Below are positions 13,878 through 25,857 of a stretch of DNA of 64,000 nucleotides, in pieces. Positions within the stretch are counted from its first letter, which is position 1, and each line of letters starts with the position of its first letter. Both the position numbers and the translations under genes were made by a program. Source of the stretch: Eledone cirrhosa (taxonomy: Eukaryota); assembly GCA_964016885.1 (NCBI GenBank), contig OZ024740.1, positions 403,124,001 to 403,188,000 of the forward strand, given 5' to 3'. The notes beneath the pieces were generated by a model. That model saw only the letters and a program-made list of their open reading frames with translations, was not told the origin of the DNA and did no database searches.

Positions 13878-14014
13878 GAAATTAGAAATTATAAACTTTC
13901 ACCGTATTTTAGACTAAAGAAATTTCTAGCCTGATAGTGGGGTTTAAAACCCCACTATCAAGCTAGAAATTTCTTTAGTCTAAAATACGGTGAAAGCTTA
14001 TAATTTCTAATTTC
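13878..14014. repeat. 137-bp near-perfect palindrome
   Basis: Arms pair about centre 13946 with 2 mismatches. Confidence 0.95.
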
Positions 14015-14085
<71 letters not shown>

Positions 14086-14089
14086 CATA

Positions 14090-14372
14090 TATATTATACT
14101 TTGGGTGGGTCATGTTGCTAATTTGCTAATTAAAACACTTCAATTTATTATACATTTCCGGTTGGCTGGCTGGTTGGTTGGTTCAATAACCAGATGATTG
14201 TTTATATATTGTCAAATCTCTTTCGTCACACATTCTGTGACCTCCTCAGTGACTAGCTTTTTATTTTGTGTCTCTCTTTGTTGGCAACATGGCCCTCCCA
14301 AAGTATATCAATATGTCTTTCAACACATGTTTTCAGATAAGAAATCTTGTAAAACAAATTCAAAAACGAAAT
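14090..14372 (-). mobile_element. Hammerhead-bearing short element (family H2), rearranged
   Basis: Homologous to 32150-32590 and 50988-51192; minus-strand GTCA-CTGAGGA-GGTCACA/TGTGAC-GAAA-GAGA-TT-TGAC at 14211-14253. Confidence 0.65.
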
Positions 14373-14506
14373 ATATATATATATATAAACACGCACTCAA
14401 ACACACACACATACATACTCTCGCACACACAGACACACACACACACACGCACATCTCTCTCTCTCTCTCTCTCTCTGTATATATATATATATACATACAC
14501 ACACAC

Positions 14507-14609
<103 letters not shown>

Positions 14610-15371
14610 TGTATGTATGCATGCATCTATGTATGTATATATGTAATAACATATGTCCTTGTCGTAAGTTTATATAACGAAACCATACTCATACTGGGTA
14701 AAAAAATTGAATACCTCAAGAAATAGAATGTGTGCAAACTCGTTATTTGGTAGTTAGTTTACAGAGTTTGAACAGAAGGAGAAATATCTCTGTCGACTCG
14801 TCACCAATATATGTGTGTGTGTAAGAGGTAGTTTGTATGTAGTCTCAGTATATATTCGTGTTATTTGTGTGCCATTTTTTATGTAATCGTAAATCACTTG
14901 GGAATAAAGAAATTATTACTGTTAAGATTAAGGAAAGAAATAAATCCTAAAACCATATAAAAATGGGATAAGTAAATAAGGAAATAGGAGAAAATTACAA
15001 TCAGCTAAAGGAATAACAATGAGTTCTGGTATCTGGACGGACGATTTACGAGAATTGAAAGATCTAATATGTTTTACTTTTCTATATAATATATATATAT
15101 AATAAATAAATAGAAAGAGAAATAATAACAGTAAATAAAACAATATATTAAATGTCACTAAATACAGGAACTGCAGTCGCTGAGTTGAATAGAAATAGCC
15201 CATTTCTAAACGGCATTAACTCGGAGAGGTGACCTGTGTCAACATGACAATCTGATAAACCTACATTACACATCATACCTACGAGGCTAAAAGCATTTGC
15301 ACGACAGAGAGTGCAAAGAGAAACCTTCTCCAGTCGGCATGAGCCGAGTGACATAAATCACAACACACACG

Positions 15372-15403
<32 letters not shown>

Positions 15404-15424
15404 CGAGTGAGTGTGTGTGTGTGT

Positions 15425-15590
15425 AATTTAATATAGAAAAGGCTTCTACAGGACTAGAACTATTAATTTCCTTCGAATGAAACAGTTCTAGTCCAGTAGA
15501 AGCCTTTTCTATATTAAATTTTGTATATACTCTACTACTATGTATTGATTACTTTACTTACTGTGGTTACCCCCGATTGAACCCGAAACT

Positions 15591-15592
<2 letters not shown>
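15425..15592 (+). mobile_element. Fold-back element between microsatellites with hammerhead 3' half
   Basis: Arms 15425-15461 / 15484-15520; GAAAC(15479)..GTC(15491-15493); tail shared with 13707-13795. Confidence 0.6.
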
Positions 15593-15639
<47 letters not shown>

Positions 15640-15776
15640 ATAATAACAAATGTGAAGACTAAAATCCAAAGAGGGCTCGATAAGGATAAATATATATCAA
15701 ATATATCAGAAGATCCCATTAAGGGTGAAAGCAGCGATTTTTTGGTTAAACTTTAATCTGTTATTTTAATAAATAA

Positions 15777-15808
<32 letters not shown>

Positions 15809-16107
15809 CTAGGGCGGGTAAAATTCCCGAGATCCATGGACGAGTTCTCTCCAGCGGTCTCTGTCACTCATTATCGCTGCCATGTCCTGCGTCTTCAACA
15901 GACCAGTGTCTGTCCTCAGGGCATCAACATATGTTAACCTTGGTCTTCCTTTTCCAGTGTGTTCATGCAGAGGCTCCCACAGCAGCACTGAATGCAGTGT
16001 CAACTCTGGATGTCGGTGAGCATGTCCAGTTAACCTCAGTCTCCTCTGTGTCACTTTTGAGCTGACTTTTGGGAGGCTCCCATACAGCTCTGAGTTTTTC
16101 ATCCTCA

Positions 16108-16108
<1 letters not shown>
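15809..16108 (-). mobile_element. RTE-clade LINE 3' fragment
   Basis: NSELYGSLPKVSSKVTQRRLRLTGHAHRHPE..LLWEP..GRPRLTYVD, typical RTE C-terminus. Confidence 0.85.
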
Positions 16109-16146
<38 letters not shown>

Positions 16147-16854
16147 GCATAAATGTATTTATTACTAAAACAATAACTCTTACGAAACAAATCCTGCTTT
16201 TTATAATTATCTTAATAGGACATTCACTTTACCTGATTTGAAAAGTATTATAAAACCCAGAAAAACGACTTTTATTATTCCAATATTTCTTTCCATTTTT
16301 AGATATCTATAGAACTATATATTCGGAAGAACGTTTTGTCACGATACAGTATTACAGTATCTGAAGTGAAAGCTATAAGCATTTTATGAACGTGATTCTA
16401 TATAAAATTTAAAGTTTCATATATTTTAATCTTTCAAATAACTTCCCTAGATATTGCATATATAATATCTTCCTCTCTTTTACTTTCCTTACTTTTTTCT
16501 GTTAGTATTCTCCAAACTCTATATTTGTCTATATAAGCAATATTGTAACATTTTTCCAGTGCTATTTTTTTTTAATAATTGGTGAAATGAAACTGCTTTA
16601 AAATAGAATTTCTTAAATAACTTCGGCGGATGTTGTATTTCTAATATCTCTTCTTCTTTTACTTCACATTTCTCCTACTACAGGCCCACTTCCCCAGAAA
16701 AAAAATATAGTTATTTACCTTTATGAGTAATATTGCAATGATATTTTCAGTAATTTCTTTAAAAGAATTCTAGCGATGAAACGAAAATACATCAAGATTT
16801 TTTAATTTGATCAGCTACATTATTTTCTTCGAAAGTAAACAATATTATTGATTT

Positions 16855-17225
16855 TTCGTCTTCTTCTTTTCTTCTTCTTTTCTTCGCCCACATATTTCTG
16901 AGAGGGTCGTGTGGGGGCAGAGTCCTCAAACACTCTCTCCAGCGAGTCCTGTCAGAAGCAACCATCCCCAACTGATTCGGCTGGATCCCCAAGCGTGACC
17001 AGCCAAGCTCATAGATGTTTTCCAACCATGGGTCTCCTGCCGGTTGTTTTCGCCCGTAAAATCTGTCCAGCGATTCTTTCCTGAGATATTCTATCCACAT
17101 GCCCATAGTATCGGAGCTGTGATCTCTCAATTCGGAGAAGTAGCGGCTCTATCTGGAGTAACTCTCTGGAGTAACCCCATTTCGGCCGTTTGTATTCGCG
17201 ATCGTATTCTTTCAGTCATTATACA
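16855..17225 (-). mobile_element. RTE-clade LINE 3' fragment (second family, GAA-rich tail)
   Basis: Homologous to 21130-21335 and 49185-50010. Confidence 0.75.
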
Positions 17226-17444
17226 ATATAATTTCACGAAAATAATGTGACCGTTTCACTTTACCCAGAATCTTCCAGACGTGCAAACACTGTCACTTTA
17301 GTCGGGGGCTTGAATCCTTGACCTCCGACATAATACTAAACCGTATATATTTGTAAAGATTCATTCGTTACCCTAAACTAACGACTAACCAGACGCATAC
17401 TCAATTCCTACCACCATCCAAACCAAACGGAAAGACGCATGAAC

Positions 17445-17700
17445 CAGTGGTTAAGTTATTGCACTTATGATGACAATGCCATGGGTTCGATAACTGAACC
17501 GGGTTGTATTCTTGAGCAAAACACTTTATCTTACGTTACTCTGGTATACTCTGGTATACTCAAGAGAAAATTAGTAGCCGCAGTAGCTAGAGGTTTAACC
17601 GTCCAATGAACTGTCGTTCAGTTCAGGAGTCTTGTATTTTAAAGCACTTAGCACCAAGTTGACAGATATAACAAAACGGTCTGATGAGCTTCCGGGTTTG
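17445..17700 (+). mobile_element. Diverged tRNA-derived SINE (family B)
   Basis: CAGTGGTTAAG..GGGTTCGAT boxes followed by TTCTTGAGCAAAACACTT. Confidence 0.55.
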
Positions 17701-19266
17701 GTATAGATTTTATTTGTTTGTTTCATCACCAAGTGTATAATTATTTTTTTGTTTTTTTTTTATAAAGAAATATAGCCAGTAGCTAACGTGAGTGACTCCA
17801 GGTATACTGCTAGAAATAACAGTTGCATCTCCCCAAAATTATATCCTACCATCTTGATACAGATGCAACTGAAGAAAGACTGAGTGTCAGAATATAATAT
17901 TTCCCTCAAATCACAGTCTACTTTGTTAAAAGAAAAAGAAAAGCACGAAGAACGCATTGGATAATGTAAACCTAGATAATATAGTTAGGGGGTGAAATAT
18001 GGTCCGCCCCTGGTTACACTTTTGGTTCTACTATATTGAAAATAAAGTAGAGTAGGGGCGACAGACTCAAAGGAAGCCCTGGAAGACATAAAATCTAGCT
18101 ACGCCTCTGCCTGGATATATTGTGTGTGAAAAAGAAAAAACCGGTTGATCACGGTTGCAATGTATTTAATGATGGCAAATCTGTGCTATAAACAGCAGCA
18201 GGAATAACAACAATACGATTGAAAATATTTACACTTCCATCACAACCATTACAATTAACAACAATGGCACCAACACCATCATTACTTCTGTATGCAATTC
18301 ACTGTTAATTTAACAAGATCTCCACCACTTAACACAGAGGGAGCCCGTACTAGGTAACACGTCAGGTTAGACATAGCAGCTACATCCCCCTCAGACTACA
18401 CAGCACTTCACCGTCTTAAATAACGAATGATGGCTTTAGATAAAGTAGCCCTAAATGCTATTAAAAGGACGGGATTGTTATGGCAGGAATAACATTGAAC
18501 CATAGGTTCCCTTGGTCAGAGTTGAATTGTGACTAAACACCAACAATAATACACATGCTGCTACTATAAGCATTATAACTAACACCAACAAGACGACAAC
18601 AACCAGCAACAAAAACATCAACAACGACGGTGGTGGTGGCCGCAACAACAGCAACAAAAGAACATCAAATCGTGTTGAACGAAGGTTTCGATAAATATTC
18701 AACACAAGTGAAATGATGACATATTTATCATTATATATTGTCATATTTATAATTGTTCTCCATGCGTGTTTCCAATCTGTCCGGACGGCTATGGAGATGT
18801 TGATAGGAATAGACCAGGTCAGATATATGGGTGGTGTGGTTATCGGCGGGGTTTTAGTAGTGGTGGTGGATGTTGGGCGCTTGCTGGTGGGAGAGAATGA
18901 GAAAGAAACTGAAGCATATACACACAGACATTTACGAAATGAAGGTATTAGTGAAATGAAATAAATATTGTGTGGATTGGGTGAGGTAGAAATAGAAAAT
19001 TGGATACAGAAATAGGAAGAACGAAGCTAATAAATATTTCAGAATTGTTTAATACGTTAAACACAAACACACACACATACAGACACGCGCACACACGCGC
19101 ACACACACACAGGCACGCACGCACAGAGACACGCGCACACACACAGGAAGAAACAGACACATACAGACTCACACACGCACACACGCACACATATTATATG
19201 TATTTAAATGGGTATTTGTGTCCATGTTTACTAATGCTATTCTTAGTCTTTGTATCAATATCATGT

Positions 19267-19356
<90 letters not shown>

Positions 19357-19560
19357 GAGAGAGAGAGACAGAGAGAGAGAGAGAGTCCTATTAATATTGA
19401 CTGTCGGAAGAATAAGTACTCAATAGCTTATTACAGATTAGTAGGTTTATATTAGGTCAAGTCATTGTCATATTAATGGACCCATGCCATGCTTGTATCG
19501 TACAGGGACATTAGACACAAAATCTCTCTCTCTCTGTATATATATATATATATATATATA

Positions 19561-19715
19561 TTTGAAAAAAAGGAAAAGAATGACTTCACTTGTAGTTCTA
19601 AACAATTTGATTTAATTTTATAATATAATATTATGAGTATAATATTATAATATTATAAAATTAAATCAAATTGTTTAGAACTACAAGTGAAGTCATTCTT
19701 TTCCTTTTTTTCAAA
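19561..19715. repeat. Fold-back palindrome with 65-bp perfect arms abutting (TA)n
   Basis: 19561-19625 is the reverse complement of 19651-19715. Confidence 0.95.
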
Positions 19716-19756
19716 TATACCTAACTGTACCAAGGATCTCATACATTTTCCAATGT

Positions 19757-19934
19757 GAGAAAAACCACAAACCCTCCATCTCAATTCTACTTTTGAAAAA
19801 GTAAAGGAACCAAATAAATATATATTAAAAAAAAAGAAGACTCCAGTTGCATTTTCGATTTCATCTTTTTTCCTTATACTTTCACTCGTGTAGGACACCT
19901 CGGTTATTTTTCATTTTGTAAAAAAAAATCTCAC

Positions 19935-19940
<6 letters not shown>
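19757..19940 (+). mobile_element. Copy of the 46463-46650 element with the hammerhead stem II/III deleted
   Basis: AAACCACAAACCCTCCATCTCAATT..TTTTGAAAA then directly GTAAAGG; shared downstream tail. Confidence 0.7.
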
Positions 19941-19979
<39 letters not shown>

Positions 19980-20129
19980 ATACATATATATATGTATATG
20001 TATATGATATACATATACATGATATACACGAGGTACATCTTGGAGCGATGGCTAAATTCTCGGAGGCTGATATCACAAAAGAATTTAAAGAGTTCATATG
20101 TAGCAAGGACTCTGTGGATATGAAATACG

Positions 20130-21345
20130 CTCGAAATGTTAAAAGCCTAAAAGTGAGAAGTTATTCTCTGACTGAATCGTGGGTTACGACTGGATTGGAT
20201 CTTTGGAAAGGCACCTAAACAATGGCAATCGGGAGTGATAATGCCAATTATCAAAAAGGTAAGCAAGAGAGATTATTTCAATTATAAAGGGATCTTCTTA
20301 AGCCTCCCCGATAAAGTCTATGTTAAGTTATGCATATTGTCAAGTTCAAGCTAGCGGACGAACAATGTGGTTTTTGTCCCGGATGCAGCACAGCCGACAA
20401 AATATTTACACTGCGGCAGGTCTTTGAGACATCGTGGGAGCATTGCCAAGAGGTTTATGCTTATTTCGTAGACATAAAAAAGCACTTGACCGCGTTCCAT
20501 GAGACCTTTTGTGGAAGCTCATGTAGGTGTATCTGACCAATGGGCAGCTTCTTGTTGCCCAGATGTCTCAATAAGAAAGCCCTGGTTTTTGGTTTGGATA
20601 AATGGGACAAAGTCGAACTCATTCAATGTGGTTGTCAGACTCCACTTCTCCTGTACATAACCTTCATGAACAGGTTTGACATGCGCAACCGGATTGGAAG
20701 TCATATCAAGACTGGTGAGTGTAGGATTAGTCGATTAGAATTTGCGAACGACACGGTAGTATTTAACTCGTGAGAAGATGATGTCCGACATGCATTTTAT
20801 GGATTTGCTACCGAGGGCTGTACGACCGGAATGAGAATCAGTTATGCGAAGACTGAAACACTTGTGCATCCAATGTAGCCTGCACAGTGCATTCTACATG
20901 TGAGTGGAGTTCCACTGAAACATGTGGAGAAGTTCATGTATCTCGGGGTTCAGAAGTGAAGAAAGGGAAGAGATTGAATTAAGTGCAAGAATTGCAGGAG
21001 TTCGTGCAGCAATGCACTAGCTTCAGTATTTGATCATCAGAAGAGATCATCAGACGGTGTAAAAGCCAAACTCGCTATCTTTACGTCAGTATTCGTGCCA
21101 AACGTTGCCTATAGTTATGAATCTCATATAATGACTGAACAAATACCATCGCGAATACAAGCGGCCCAAATGGGATTCCTCCTAACGGTCTTTGGAATAA
21201 CATTACTTGATACAGTGCGTAGCTCACAGATCAGAGAGATGCTCCTGATAGTCCCTCTACTTCTCCGAAATGAGAGATCACAGCTCCGATATTATGGGCA
21301 TGTGGCTAAATGTCTTAGGAAAGAATCACTGGGCATTAAACTTGA
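20130..21345 (+). mobile_element. Degraded RTE-clade LINE (RT region)
   Basis: DEQCGFCPGCSTADKIFTLRQVFE, AYFVDIKK, LEFAND, VEKFMYLG, RSQLRYYGHV across frames with stops. Confidence 0.85.
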
Positions 21346-21354
21346 ACAATAAAC

Positions 21355-24300
21355 AATTATTACATTACATCCAACACAACACCCCTAACGTTCACACCAC
21401 CCACACATATACAAATCACACGTATCACACAGAAAACATACACAACCCTAAAATTAAAACTCCCCAAGGACATCAGAGATTTCCGGCAAACATTTTCCAG
21501 GAGGATATATAAAAACATCTTTTCAGAGGGGGCTACAAACAATCAGAAGGACAGAAAAACCAACCTTCCTTCACGAGAACTGAGGTAAGCGGTGTTCTTA
21601 CCTTTTGCACCCCCTTTTCAACATGACCTTATTCAGAATAGGCAGCATAAATGCACGTGGCCTGAGGCCGTCATGGAAGCAGGGTCCCCTGCTCAACTAT
21701 CTCAGGTCAATAGACGTAGATGTGGTGGTCATCAGCGAGACCAGAATATCCGAGGCACATGATTTCGCACCCATCTTCGGCGGTTACGATGCGTACGCAT
21801 CTCCAAGCCAGCCGGGATCGGATGGCAGATTCGCTGTGTTGTTTCGGAGAGGCCTGGATCTTGTGATACAGACCATCTTCCTGGACGCAAAAGGTAAGTT
21901 GGTGGTGCTGGACGTGACCAGCAGCGAAGGCTATACTTTTAGGCTAGTGGGTGTTTATGCCCCGACAGGGGCAGAACGGCCTGATTTCTTCAGGTGACTG
22001 GAGACCTTGATAGGAACGTCCCCCTCTTTAATGTTAGTGGGCGATTGGAACGGGATCATAGATGCATGCTGGGATTGTGTGGGACTAGCGGATTGAGAAG
22101 GGGGGTGTAAAAACCTCGTAAACCTGCTCAGACGTTTCCAACTGTCTGACAGGTACCGACTGGATTTCCAGAATGTGTCAATGTGGACATGGACAAACCG
22201 CATCGGGTCATCCAGATCGTATCTAGATAGAGTATGTTGTAAGGAAATAGATAGTTCTAGCAAAGGTTGTCCACAATTCAAGATAGTCGACTACACGGAC
22301 CACAAATTCGTGATCTGTGTGGTCGACCAAGACAGGCTTCATTGACAGGGATCCGGCTGCAGGAAGCTAAACGCGTTCTACAGGGACCGAATTAGCGAAC
22401 TGGTTGAACGGGTATTGACGGGGCAGTCGTCAACAACAAATGATGGTTCGCCCTAAAAAGGGCTATTATAATAGAGGCCATTAGGTTTAGTAAGGCCTTA
22501 GCAATAGAGCAAAATAAAGCAGAGGGAGAACTAGTTAGGAAATTAGATGAAATGGGCCCTCGTCCAATTCTTCAAAGCAAAACACGAAGGCTGCGTTGTC
22601 AGAGCTAGGATGCGTTCTCTCAGACACGAGAGGATGAAAGCCGTCCGATGGGCCCGAGAGGCGGAGGCGCGTCGTGGGAATAAAGTCATGATCCGGTCTT
22701 TGGAGGACCACGACGGGTGCATGTTACTCGGAACCGGGAAAATGTATGGGGCTTTTCAGCGGCACTTCGCTCAGCTGTTCGGAGTCAGCGGTGGGTCAAA
22801 TCACAGGATGGACTTTAGCGCTTACCTCGACGGCTTGCCGCGGCTCTAGGCCACTGAGGCGGAGTGTTGCGAAAAACCGATAAAGGCTGCTGAAATACGG
22901 ATGGCAATGACTGACTGCCAGACTTGTTCGGCGACATCTTGGTGAACGTCTACTGCAACTGACAGCAGAACGGGAGAATTCCCACCTCAGAGAACCGAGG
23001 AGCGGTAGCGCTGCTGAGAAAGGACCCGAACAAGGGAGACAACAAAGATAATTTCAGGCCAAAAACTCTGCTAAAGAGAGGTCAAGATTTTGGCCAAGGT
23101 GCTAGCAAAGAGGTTGGCGCTTGTCGCACCTTATGCGATACATCGTGGAGAGGGTAGCTAATGAACCTGGCACGGGTGGGGCCTTGATCAATTTAGATCA
23201 GTCGAAAGCTTTAGATAGGGTCGACCATCGTTATCTGACGGCAGTCCTGAGGGCGGCCGGCTTTGCGTCCGTCTTCAAAAACTGGATCGCTGCCATGCAC
23301 AGCGACATCTGCTCTGTGGTGAGAGTGAACGGTCACCTTTCGGAACCGTTCAACATCATGCGCTCGGTCCGCCAAGGATGTCCCCTCTCGTCCCAGTCGT
23401 ACGGATTGACTCTCAAGTCATTATTGTAGAAACTGGAGACGTTGAGGGGCGTTCCACGCGAACAGGGATGCGGGAAACCGTGTCAACATATGCGACTTCA
23501 CTGTAGTGGTGTCAAATTCCAAACACATTGATGCGATCGGCACTACACTAAGAGAATACGATTAACCAGGAAAAGTCGGTGGGCTTGCGGCTCGGCACCT
23601 GGAGAGGCAGGTCCATGCCGTTCAACAGCGTCGTCGGGCGCTAGACGGATGGACCGGTTAAATTGCCAGGGGTCTGATTCGGTCCGGATCTCCAGACAGG
23701 CAAAAACTGGGTAGAGATGACGAGCAGGGCGGCCTCTCTCGCCCAGAAATGGGCCGAGGAGAAGCTATCACTGAAAGGTCGAGCGGAGGTGGTAAACGCG
23801 TACATCACTTGCTTTTTGTTGAAGGGACGCGTTCCGATGGTCAGGTGGTCCATCCGCTGTCAATCTCCGATACGTGAAGGGCTGGGCATGCCGTGGCTGA
23901 TGATGTGCAGACATGTTCTCAGGCTACGGCATCTCCACTTCATCCTCGACAGTGAACTGGTGTGGTCGCCGCTTGCTAGATAGACGCATTTTCCCCATAT
24001 GGTCTCCTTGACGGACTTTCAGTCCCAGGTCAAGCGAAGACCGAGAGGGAACGCTTGGAGAATGGAATGTCTTCAGGCGTTCACAGCCCTCGACTAATCG
24101 GGCGATGCGATCGGTGGAAACTTCACCTTGGCGTTCTATAGAAGGTTAGTCTAGGAAAAGAGCGACGACGTCCTTGGGAAGACTCTGGGCGTCGACGAAT
24201 ATCAACTAGCCAATCTCTTCGGGAGAAATTTCGGTCCGGGGCCCATGGACAACTTCCAGAAATCCCTGGCCTGGCAGTGCTACCGGGGAGCTTTGCCAGT

Positions 24301-25033
24301 TCGGGATAAACTCTACTGGCATGGAAGTTCCGTCAGCAGAGCCTGTCCTAGATGCGCGCAGGGTGACGAAACCGTCCTGCAGGCACTCGTCCAGTGTCCG
24401 AACATTGCTGACTTGTGGGTTTATGTCGAACACCTGCTGTCGCGTGTAGGACGGATCCGACTATCAGCTGAGTTCTTCGTGAGGTTTTCTCCACTGCCTT
24501 CCTTTAGCCGGGAAGGGCAAGCAGTTTTAATCTGCCTGGTGGCCATGGCGAAAGTGGTTGTGTGGTGGACGCGTTTGAAAGGGCTGAAGAAGAGCACTTA
24601 CCTCTTCGGTGATGCCCTAATTAACTTTTTCAAATTTCATTTGAAAAGGAAAATCAGAGTGGAGGGGGAAGTGCTCCCTTCCCTTCAATTTGTTGAAAGA
24701 TGGCTGAAAGCGGCAAGCATTGCCCGACTGAATGGGCCTGCTCTGAGCATGCGACTGTAGATTGGAGGTGGAAAATTAGGAGAAGGCACTTGCCCTGGTG
24801 GTAAGAATCATCGTGGTGGTAAGTGACCATCGGTATCCCCCACCCCCCTCCTATTGGGGAATTTTCCTTTGTTTCATTTTTTTTTTTAATTTCCTATGTT
24901 ATTGCTTTTTTCTTTACACGCAGAAATGCCCATTTGTACCATCTTGTACCGTCCTGTACTGTCCTTAATGTTATACTTTATTTCAACCCTTGTGGTTAAT
25001 AAAGAAAGCATTATCATTATTATTATTATTATT
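21355..25033 (+). mobile_element. Tx1/L1-clade LINE, 5'-truncated (end of ORF1 + degraded ORF2 APE-RT-zf)
   Basis: ORF2 from ATG ~21624: SINARGL, ISETR, VYAP, GDWN, TDH (APE); LDQSKALDRVDH, RQGCPLS (RT); CPRC..ETVLQALVQC; AATAAA then (ATT)n tail. Confidence 0.9.
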
Positions 25034-25034
25034 A

Positions 25035-25238
25035 GACGGTGAATTGGCAGTATCGGTAGAGGGTCGCACGCCATGCTTTGACGCATAGAGTTACGGCCCT
25101 TGCCATTCTGAGTTCAAATCCCGCCGAGGTTAACTTTGCCTTTCATCCTTACGGGGTCGATAAAATAAAGTACCAGTAATACACTGGATTTTGCTGGCCT
25201 TGTGCCTAACGTAGAAACAATTATTATTATTATTATTG
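25035..25238 (+). mobile_element. SINE family A in the (ATT)n tail of the Tx1 element
   Basis: Full family A sequence; ATT repeats on both sides. Confidence 0.9.
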
Positions 25239-25339
25239 AATGCCATGGTTGACGGCGTCACTGCTCTGTAAAGTATAGTAATTTTTAACCGCTATAACAA
25301 TTGTAAATTATTTAATACTTGAACCAAATTGTAGATAAA

Positions 25340-25826
25340 AACACCCTCCTCCTCGTGAGAGGGGTCTTTCTGCCCGTTATTTGGCCCTTTGGGGTTAAAT
25401 AACCGATTATTGGGGTTTTGTGCCCAATATTCATTTTAAACCAAAAAAAAACATGGCTACAAAAAAGAATTTTCACAAGTCACCCCCACTCATTCTTCTT
25501 CTTCCTCAATCGTCACTACATCAGAGAGAAGATTGTCTCTCTCCCTCCCTTCTCTAAATATGGTGTCGCCTCTTTCGCAAGCGATGCCATTAAAGAAAAA
25601 GAAAAATATAGTTTCTGGTAGATTTCACCATGAGAACGTGCATTCCGTGGAACATTTCTCCACGACGACGACAACGACGAAAAATGTGTGTGGTAAATAC
25701 GGAAAGCCATTTCATTCGTCTGACGTCATGAAGAATAGCAGCAGCAGCCGTAATAACAGCAGCAGCAGCAGCAACAGTGACAATGAAAACACTAGTAGCA
25801 GCCGTAACAACATCAGCAGCAGCATA

Positions 25827-25857
<31 letters not shown>

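Noticed and set aside
15700-15745. Hammerhead-like CAGAAGA-TCCC/GGGT-GAAA
   Set aside because: Two core positions are wrong and stem I is unconvincing; at most a decayed relic
17678-17700. CTGATGAG motif
   Set aside because: No downstream GAAA or stems; lies at the end of a SINE
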